A stretch of DNA of 64,000 nucleotides from assembly GCF_009914755.1 (NCBI RefSeq), contig NC_060925.1. One strand, 5' to 3'. A program made the position numbers and the translations under genes. The notes beneath the pieces were generated by a model, which worked only from the letters and a program-made list of their open reading frames with translations, was not told the origin of the DNA and did not search any database. Origin of the DNA: the human T2T-CHM13v2.0 reference genome, Homo sapiens. Positions 50,988 to 64,000 of this stretch are shown here, piece after piece; position 1 is the stretch's first letter; every line of letters begins with the position of its first letter.

Positions 50988-52979
50988 TAGGAGAGTTCAA
51001 GACTGCTAACTTTAGTTTTTTAGATGATAAAACTAGGACTGAGAGAGGGCAAGTAACTTGTCCAAGGTCCCCCAGGTAAGTAAGCAGGTAGGAGAGTTAG
51101 ACTTTAAACTCATCCCTGTGTGACTCCAAAGGCTCTTTCTACTGTGACTCCAAAAGCTCTTTCTACTGTGGTTCCAATCAAAAGTCAACTAATTTCTGAC
51201 TTCAGACTCTTGATACCCAGACACCCCTTGCCTCCCAGGCCAGAAGCAGACCTTGCAGGTGCCACTGTAGTCACCATTTTGAACCTTGTGTGTAGGCTGA
51301 TGAAAACATTCAGAGCCCTCCTGCCCACCTCAAACAAAAAGTCCTCTCGAGAGAACTAGCAAAGCTGGTTCACAAGGTCTGTCAGGACAGAATTATCCAG
51401 CACATGCCTTCCCACAATATTTTTTTAACAGTGAGATTTTTCCAGTATCAAGAATACAGTCTCTTCAGCTCACCACAGGGCCTACTATTCCAGAGCCGTT
51501 TTCAGCCAGGTGCCCAAAGTGCACCCTCATTTAATCTTCATCCCTTAAATGCTTGGCGTTTCCTTTCAAAGTATGGCTTTCCAACTACCTTAAATTCAGA
51601 CACATTTCCTTAAGGAATCTTCTCAGAAATCTCACCCTCTGATCTCCAGAGTCCAGTCTCTTCAGCACCATAGCACCCCAAACCCCGGCCTGGCCCTCCG
51701 CATTTAGTCTACTCTGACTCTTTTTCCAAAGCAACCAATTGCTTTTGAGTCTCCAGCACCATAAAAGAAAAAAAAAAACAACTTCCAGTTTCTACTTACC
51801 CATACTTCTAAGTACCCCTGCTGTGCAAGGAGGGTGCTAAGAGTAACCAGTTTTAATTACTACTTCAACAGCTCCCAAAAGGAGGGGATATGAAATGACA
51901 GGGGAAGTGTTAGAGGCATCTGTTTGCTAAAACCATTATAACTCCCAAGCTTAGAAAATACTTCACAATGTTGGTCATTTCCCCCTTGAAGGTAAACTAA
52001 CTCCAAATTTTCTCTGCCACAAGATTAATTTTTGAACACATGAGGCTGTCTTTCCAGAAACTCAAATTGCACAGAGACATTAAAAGGGCTAAGAATACAA
52101 AAATTTGTAAATAAAAATGATCCTTTCCCTAGGAAATTCCTTCCTTCTTCAAGGGAAGGCACTATGGGTACCTCCATGAGCTTTGCTTCTACACAGCTCA
52201 GGGGAGGCTGCAAGGTCCTCCCACTGCAGGTGTTACCAGCAGAGGACACACTTCTCTCCCCAGCCCTCCACCAGGCTCCACAGGAAATGCCAGGGCAGGG
52301 TTTAAAAGAAGGTTTATCACCTCCACTTTACATAACCAGGTAAACAGAGTCACAGCCAGAATTGGAAGCAGCTTTCCCAGGGAATGCACAATCAGGAAGA
52401 GTGTGGGTTTCCAGCATCTCCCCACAACCCACTGCTTGCTCAGTGACTCCAGGATGGTCCTTGTGACAAAGTTTTATTAGAGCCCAGCAAAATGAGAAAA
52501 GTACCAACAATTTCATATATATTGAAGAGTTTATATTGCCTATATACAATGGTGTATGTGTGTGTGTGATGTGAATTCTTCAACTGCCCATTTTGCCTAA
52601 GGACTGGAACTGTCCATATTCACAGAGTATAGCCTCCTGATTTTTTAGATTTTAAATGATCTGACTTTAATGGTACTGATTACAAATCATAATTTGTCAA
52701 TACCCTTACTTGGCAAAATAAAAAGTGATAACCCTAGGTCCCTTTCCAAAATTAAAGTACACACACACACACATCCATGAAACCCAAAAGTCTAGAAATT
52801 CTTACTCTCCAGAACCCACATGTCAGTTTCTCTTCATTTTGGTATTTTTCTTATGGCTGTAGTACGACCAAATCTCAGACAGAACCACAGAAGAATGTAC
52901 CCTGAGTCTGTTACAACCACCATATTTGGGAGTGGGGGGTGGGGCACATAGATCTGTGTTCGTGGTTGGCACCTCTTAG

Positions 52980-53831
<852 letters not shown>

Positions 53832-54219
53832 TTTAAGGATGACAGAGATGTGCATGTGGGTATTGTTAGGAGATGTCATCAAGCTCCACCCTCCTGGCCT
53901 CATACAGAAAGTGACAAGGGCACAAGCTCAGGTCCTGCTGCCTCCCTTTCATACAATGGCCAACTTATTGTATTCCTCATGTCATCAAAACCTGCGCAGT
54001 CATTGGCCCAACAAGAAGGTTTCTGTCCTAATCATATACCAGAGGAAAGACCATGTGGTTTGCTGTTACCAAATCTCAGTAGCTGATTCTGAACAATTTA
54101 GGGACTCTTTTAACTTGAGGGTCGTTTTGACTACTAGAGCTCCATTTCTACTCTTAAATGAGAAAGGATTTCCTTTCTTTTTAATCTTCCATTCCTTCAC
54201 ATAGTTTGATAAAAAGATC

Positions 54220-54225
54220 AATAAA
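54220..54225 (+). terminator. HSD3B1 polyadenylation signal
   Basis: AATAAA about 390 nt after the stop, followed by GT-rich sequence; a homologous AATAAA is at 13390 in the pseudogene. Confidence 0.85.
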
Positions 54226-56921
54226 TGTTTGAATGTTTAATGTGGAGGGAGGTGTGAGTTATGTTAATACATACTTTCCTCCTTTCTCCTTCTTTTCCAG
54301 GTATTGCCATCTCCAATTTAGAAGAGTAGCATAAAACCTGGGTTGGGGAGAGGGCAGAGTAGTGGGAGGGCCAGGAAGGGCGGATGAAGACTGAATAAGC
54401 TCTACTACCTTTCAGGCATGTACAACATGACCTACATATGACATATATTATCTTATTTAATACTCATCAGAAACCTATCTGGTGGGGGTGACTAATCCCA
54501 TTTTACCACTGAGGAAACTTGTTCACAGTCACACTAACTGATTAGTGGCTATGCCTGCTACCAGGGAGTTGGCCTTGAAAGTCCTTATCTTTCCACGGAA
54601 TCACGCAGCCTGAACTGGTCTTGTCAGTGGTACAGCAGAGCACTGGAGCATGCAGTGCCGATACGTGGAAGAGACCCATCTCCGTTGGGTTACCTCCTTC
54701 TTGCCCAGTCCCATGCAGGGGACTCTCTAGAACCCAGGAGAATCCCTGGGGAGCATCTGGAAGGGTTTGAATGCCTTAACAAATGGCCCTGAGCAGGGGT
54801 GAGTGAAGCAAAAATGCCTCCAGCCTCCACCTTCAATGCCAATTTCCTTGAAGGTCTCTAGAACACACCTGGCTATATGTGTGTTAGTCATTCTGATCAT
54901 ACATAACCCTGCATTTCACCCTTTCAAATCACACAGTGAAGCCACACCATGGGTTCCTGGGCAAGTAAAGGGAACAAGTTTAAACTTCCCCCAAAATGTG
55001 CCTTCTATTCAGCCCAAGAAGTAAGTCTACTGTCCCACATCCCCAGATTTAACTGCCTCTCTCTTCATTCTCCTTCTCTTCTTGAGATCATATCTTTTCC
55101 TCCTTTATTCTTTCATCTCCTTAGCCTCTTTCCTTCCCTCCAAATCCCCTTAAATCACTGGCTCTCTCATTCTTCTCAATTTCCCTGAGGAAAGGAGGCT
55201 AATCAAGACAAGCTTGGGGACTTCGATGATGACATAGTCATTAACCAACCAAAGGAGCAACAGTCAAATAAAAAATACTCTCAGGGGCATCAGTGACAGA
55301 GTTGAACTGAAGTGGGTGAGGAAGTTGCTGTGGGTCCAGAGTGTGGGGAGGGGAAAATTATCTCCCTCTGGACCTGGGTGTATCACAGCCATGATAGGAG
55401 TCACACCCAACTTCAAGATGGCTTGCTTCTTACATGGGGAATTTACAGATTATTAATCAGTTGAATTTGATTACTGCAAAGAGGTAGTTTCAGTATTCAT
55501 TCTGAAGGGAAAAGGTAAGCACATTCTGGTCCAGAAGAACAGGTTTCCACCACCATCAACACCCCAAGAGACAGATGATCAGCACCAGCATCAGCATGGA
55601 GTGGCCCCAGGCAGTAGGGTAACATGGAAAATGGAACACCCATCCTTCCCTGGCACTGCACAAAATGCAAGAACCAGCATCTGTTCAGCTCTTGAAAGGC
55701 ATGCACACCATGTATATGTTAATGCAAAATAGCAGTGAAAGGAAAGGAGGGTGGTGGAATCTTGGAAAAGGGCCCTTCCTCCTTGTTTTTCTGCCTAGTG
55801 AAACCCCACACCTATGAATCCACCAGGGCAATTTTCACAGGCAAGGGAAGAAAAAGGATTTATCTCCAACAGGCAGTGAGGGGTGTTTGAAGTAAGAGAA
55901 TAGAAGACTGGATTGGCCAATGGTCTCAACTGAACAAGCACGAAGGCCTCAGAGTCTTGTGGCTAACAAAATGTGCCATCCCTTATTACACCTGCAGGTG
56001 CCAGGCGGGCAGAGCTCCTGCACCAAGCCCTGCTGCACCTCACCTGATGCACCACATGGGGGGCTGAAAAGGCTCCGAGGGAAGAACAAGGAAGCCTGAC
56101 CTGGTAGGGAATTTTGGGTTCCTTTTCTCCAGCTGGGTGGCTCTGCAAGGTACCTGGCACAAGAATGAATGAAAGCGCTAGCCAGTACAGCCTGAGCTTT
56201 TGCTGAATGTGCCATCTTGCCCTAGCATAACATGCGAAGCCTTCATATGAAGACATTCCCTCTGTCTACCTCCCACCCCCTGCAGCCCCTGGCCCAAAAT
56301 TCCTAAAGTCATACTTATAGTTGGCAAAATAATTCACCACAAGCAGATTGGGCAGACAGGGAACAAAACCAACCTTCACCTTCACCCTTAAATGGTGTTG
56401 GAATGTGTAAGCATCTGTACCTCTCTCATATATGTCTCCCTAGCGTTGAGCACTATACCCGGCACTTGCCCACTCAGCTGAGGGGTGAACTTCCCAGGGG
56501 CTCTGCTCTCAATGAGACACAGCCTTGGGGCCCGGGGAAGGCCAGCCATACACAGATGGTATCAGAACACCCAGGCAGAACCACTCCCTACTTCAGCTAT
56601 AGTAGGTCCAGAAAAGCATCTCAGTGGAGTGTCTTCAGTGAATAAAAAGAATGCATTGAACTACTTTCAATGAATCCCTGGTCTCCAGGAACTGAACTCT
56701 GTCAGTCCTTTTACTAGTGTTGAACATTCTTCAAATATATGTATGGGAATGCCAGCTTGAACACAGCATGTACACTTATACCTTTTTCAAATTTCTTAAA
56801 CAGAGGGAAACATGGGATACAGAACAACTTGCTGCCCACCTCATTGGCTTCCAAAGCTGAGCATTCCTGGCTGCTGGAATGAGGCAGGGCACCAGCTGGA
56901 TATAGAGAGCACTGAGAACAG

Positions 56922-57122
56922 TGGCCTGGATCTCAGGGGAACAGCTGGCAATTGAAATCCATTGGAATGTGCTTTGGGTTAGCAGAGATGGCCTGGATCT
57001 CAGGGGAACAGCTGGCAATTGAAATCTATTGGAATGTGCTTTGGGTTAGCAGAGATGGCCTGGATCTCAGGGGAACAGCTGGCAATTGAAATCCATTGGA
57101 ATGTGCTTTGGGTTAGCAGAGA
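56922..57122 (+). repeat. 67-bp tandem repeat, 3 copies
   Basis: Units start at 56922, 56989 and 57056; one substitution among them; a single copy at ~22309-22377. Confidence 0.95.
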
Positions 57123-57226
57123 TGACCTTGACACTGCAGTCTGGCAGCAGAAAACTGCAATCTGCATGGCACTTGAGGTTGTGACAGGGAGACAGGGGAA
57201 TAAGCATTAACAGCAAAGCTAGAGAT

Positions 57227-57550
57227 AGCTGGGCACTAAGGCTCATGTCTATAATCCCAGAATTCTGGGAGGCCAAGGCAGAAGGATCACTTGAGCCTAG
57301 AATTTCAAGATCACCCTGGGCAACATAGGGAGACTCCATCTTTACAAAATTAAAAATGTATCAAAAGCCAATCAGGGCTTGGTGGTGTGCACCTGTGGTC
57401 CCAGCCACTCCCAAGGCTAAGGTAGTAGAATCACTTGGCCTGGGAAGTTGAGGATCATGCCACTGCACTCCAGTACTCTGAGTGACAGAGCAAGACGCTG
57501 TCAGAAAATAAGAAAACAATAAAAAAGGAAAAAAGGTTAGAGAAAAAAAA
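57227..57550 (+). mobile_element. AluJ-like, copy B
   Basis: Shares an internal deletion and flanks with 29028-29350. Confidence 0.85.
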
Positions 57551-58890
57551 GAATGTCTAAATGAATAATGTCAGCACTGGAATCCCCATGATCTTTTGCT
57601 ACTTGCCACACTCTGTTCTCCATACAACAGCCTGAGACATGTTTTTAAGTAAATTCAAATCCTATGCCCCACCTATTTAAAACCTTTCTGTGGCTTCCCG
57701 ATCCATTTACTATACGCTCTAAACTGATCTCCAGCTCTCCTGGGCACTGCATGATCTGCTCATCCTTCCAACGCATTTCCTCATCACTCTCCCTTTCACT
57801 CATGATGCCTGAGCCAGATTGACCTCCCTTATATTCCATAAACAAGCAAATCTTTCTTGCCTTTGGATCTTCACATTTATCATTCCCTTAACATAAAATG
57901 GTATTCCTCATATCTCATGATTGGCTCTCTGTTGACATGTAGATCTCAGCTGAACTGTTAAGGATGAGGTGAGACATCCCTGACCATCCTCTCCTGAATA
58001 CGCTCTGCTTCACTCATCACATCACCCTGTTTCTCCCCTCCTAGCTGTTACCACAACCTGCAACTAACTTATCAGTTGTCTATTTTGTTGTTTATCTGTA
58101 CCTGCATAGGGACCTTAAACCGTCTTGCTCCCTGCTACATTCCCAAGAATCTAGAATCATGCCCAATGTCATAGAGAGTCCCATAAATATTTATTAAATA
58201 AATTAATCCATGGAGGCAAAGCTGGACCAGACTACATCAGCACATCTGGAGAATTATAGCAGTCAGAGGAGGAAAACAGTGAGTTAGGATGGAACCCAGC
58301 AGAATGGGTCACTACCTAAGCCAACAGACCTGAAAAGTCTTCTATCATTCCTTGACTGGACACTTTCCTGCATGAACCCATGCCATTGTGCAGGTCCACT
58401 TTTGCCCAGATTAACCCCCAGAGCCAAGAGCTGGGTCAAGGAAACATTTGCATAGAAAACACCAAAAGAGAAAGCCGTCCCACAGGCAGTCACTCTGGTA
58501 ATAACTTTTAAGGCTATTTGTTTAAACCAAATATATGTATAGGACGTATACCATCCACATATTATAAAGGAAAAATAAACTACCATTGTACAGCTCTGCT
58601 TTCATATAACTGCAATTCAGAACACAGAATTCAGGAAAGTGAACAACAAACTTTCAAATCAGCAGTGACTTAAAAAAATTGTTTTCCATAGTGTCTGACT
58701 CAAAGCAGCTCCTTTGATTCTTCTCAGAACAAAAGATCTTAAAAGAGCAGCTCAGTAATGACTGAAACAGCCAGTGGATTATAGTTTTTTTCACATCCTT
58801 TATATCGCTAGGAGATAACTATGGAATGTTGCACTCTGGACAGAAGAGCAATACTTATAAAATATTCCCCAACAAAAATCACACTCTCTA

Positions 58891-61045
58891 TTTTTTATGT
58901 TATTTTTTTTTTATTATACTTTAAGTTATGGGATACATGTACAGAATGTGCAGGTTTGTTACATAGGTATACACGTGCCATGGTGGTTTACTGCACCCAT
59001 CAACCCGTCATCTACATTAGGTATTTCTCCTAATGCTATCCCTCCCCTTGCCCCCCACCCCCCGATAGGCCCTGGTGTGTGATGCTCTCCTCCCTGTGTC
59101 CATGTGTTCTCATTGTGCACTTCCCACTTATGAGTGACAACATGCTGTGTTTGGTTTTCTGTTCCTGTGTTAGTTTGCTGAGAATGATGGTTTTCAGCTT
59201 CATCCGTGTCCCTTCAAAGGACATGAACTCATTGTTTTTTATGGCTGCATAGTATTCCATGGTATATATATGCCACATTTTCTTTATCCAGTCTATCATT
59301 GATGGGCATTTGGGTTGGTTCCAAGTCTTTGCTATTATAAATAGTGCCGCAATAAACATACATATGCATGGGTCTTTATAATCTTTCAGGTATATACCCA
59401 GTAATGGGATTGCTGCATCAAATGGTATTTCTGGTTCTAGATCCTTGGGAAATCACCACATTGTCTTCCACAATGATTGAACTCATGTACACTCATACCA
59501 ACAATGTAAAAGTGTTCCTGTTTCTCCACAACCTCTCCAGCATCTGTTGTTTCCTGACTTGTTAATGATCACCATTCTAACTGGAGTGAGATGGTCTCTC
59601 ATTGTGGTTTTGATTTGCATTTCTCTAATGGTCAGTGATGATGAGCTTTTTTTCATATGTTTATTGGCCACACAAATGTCTTCTTTTGAGAGTGCGATGC
59701 CTCCAGCTTTGTTCTTTTTGCTTAGGATTGTCTTGGCTATACAGGCTCTCTTTTGGTTCCATATAAAATTTAAAGCAGTTTTTTATAATTCTGTGAAGAA
59801 AATCAATGGTAGCCTGATGGGAATAGCATTGAATCTATAAATTACTTTGGGTAGTATCACTATTTTCACGATATTGATTCTTTCTATCCATGAGCATGGA
59901 CTGTTTTTCCTTTTGTTTGTGCCCTCTCTTATTTCTGTGAGCAGTGGTTTGTAGCTCTCATTGAACAGGTCCTTCACATCTGTTGTAAGTTGGATCCCTA
60001 GGTATTTTATTCTCTTTGTAGCAATTGTGAATGGGAGTTCACTCATGATTTGGCTCTCTGTTTGTCTGTTATTGGTGTATAGGAATGCTTGTGATTTTTG
60101 CACATTGATTTTGTATCCTGACACTTTGCTGAAGTTGCTTATCAGCTTAAGGAGTTTTTGTACTGAGATGATGGGGTTTTCTAAATATATAATTATGTCA
60201 TCTACAAACAGAGACAATTTGACTTCCTCTCTTCCTATTTGAATGCCCTTTATTCCTTTCTCTTGCCTGCTTACCCTGGCCAGAACTTCCAATACTGTGT
60301 TGAATAAGAGTGTTAACAGAGGGCATCCTAGTTTTGTGCCAGTTTTCAAAGGGAATACTTCCAGCTTTTGTCCATTCAGTATGATATTGGCTGTGGGTTT
60401 GTCATAAATATCTCCTATTATTTTCAGATATGTTCCATCAATACCTAGTTTATTAAGTGTTTTTAGCGTGAAGGGGTGTTGAATTTTGTCTAAGGCCTTT
60501 TCTGCGTCTATTGAGCTAATCATGTGTTTTTTGTCATTGGTTCTGTTTATGTGATGGATTACATTTACTGATTCGTGTATGATGAATCACCCTTGCATCC
60601 CAGGGATAAAGCCAACTTGATCATGGTGCATAACCTTTTGAATTTGCCGCTGGATTCGGTTTGCCAGTATTTTATTGATGATTTTCGCATCAATGTTCAT
60701 CAGGGATTTTGGCCTGAAATTTTCTTTTTTGTTGTTGTATCTCTGCCAGGTTTTCATATCAGGATGATGCTGGCCTCAGAAAACTAGTTACGGAGAAGTT
60801 CCTCTTTTTCTGTTGTTTGGAATAGTTTTAGAAGGAATGGTACCAGCTCCTCTTTGTACCTCCAGTAGAATTCAGCTGTGAATCCATCTGGTCCTGGGCT
60901 TTTTTGTTGGTAGGCTATTAATTACCGCCTCAGTTTCGGAACTTGTTATAGGCCTATTCAGGAATTGGACTTTTTCCTGGTTTAGTCTTGGGAGGGTGTA
61001 TGTGTCGAGGAATTTATCCATTTCTTCTAGATTTTCTAGTTTATT
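58891..61045 (-). mobile_element. 5'-truncated, internally deleted L1PA (older, roughly PA6-PA8-like)
   Basis: Poly-T and 3'UTR at 58891-59130; minus-strand ORF2 fragments 59036..59359, 59483..59671 and 59783..60523; internal jump at ~59692. Confidence 0.9.

Positions 61046-64000
<2,955 letters not shown>

Noticed and set aside
51116-51170. 24-bp local duplication in HSD3B1 intron 3, and the gactctttaccacac duplication at 5880-5920
   Set aside because: Real, but look like ordinary slippage events with no supportable function.
56922-57122. CRISPR-like array
   Set aside because: Head-to-tail repeats with no unique spacers, in a eukaryotic context.

Overview
Primate, almost certainly human, genomic DNA from the 3-beta-hydroxysteroid dehydrogenase (HSD3B) tandem cluster on 1p12; the location is recognised from gene content, not from a search. 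The window holds two diverged copies of one duplication unit: [processed GAPDH pseudogene (-), old L1M fragments, HSD3B gene (+), 3' flank]. Copy A (about 1.2-30.7 kb) carries an unprocessed HSD3B pseudogene, probably HSD3BP1. Copy B (about 35.0-58.9 kb) carries intact HSD3B1 (4 exons, 373 aa) with Thr367, the 1245C adrenal-permissive state. Most of the rest is transposable elements: a full-length dead L1PA3/4-type element, two further L1 pieces joined head to head, a two-LTR ERV with a tRNA-Phe primer site, an ERV remnant in the pseudogene's intron 3, a very old pol fossil, Alus, MaLR LTRs, L2 and MIR. I found no new protein-coding system. The best leads are: (1) two L1 copies flanking HSD3B1 22.0 kb apart share private mutations, including a nonsense codon; (2) TEAD/GATA/STAT6 motifs around this placental gene sit in, or are multiplied by, repeats; (3) the pseudogene's first frame lesion is in its last exon. 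Repeat family names, pseudogene numbers and literature positions are from memory and need confirming by RepeatMasker/BLAT.
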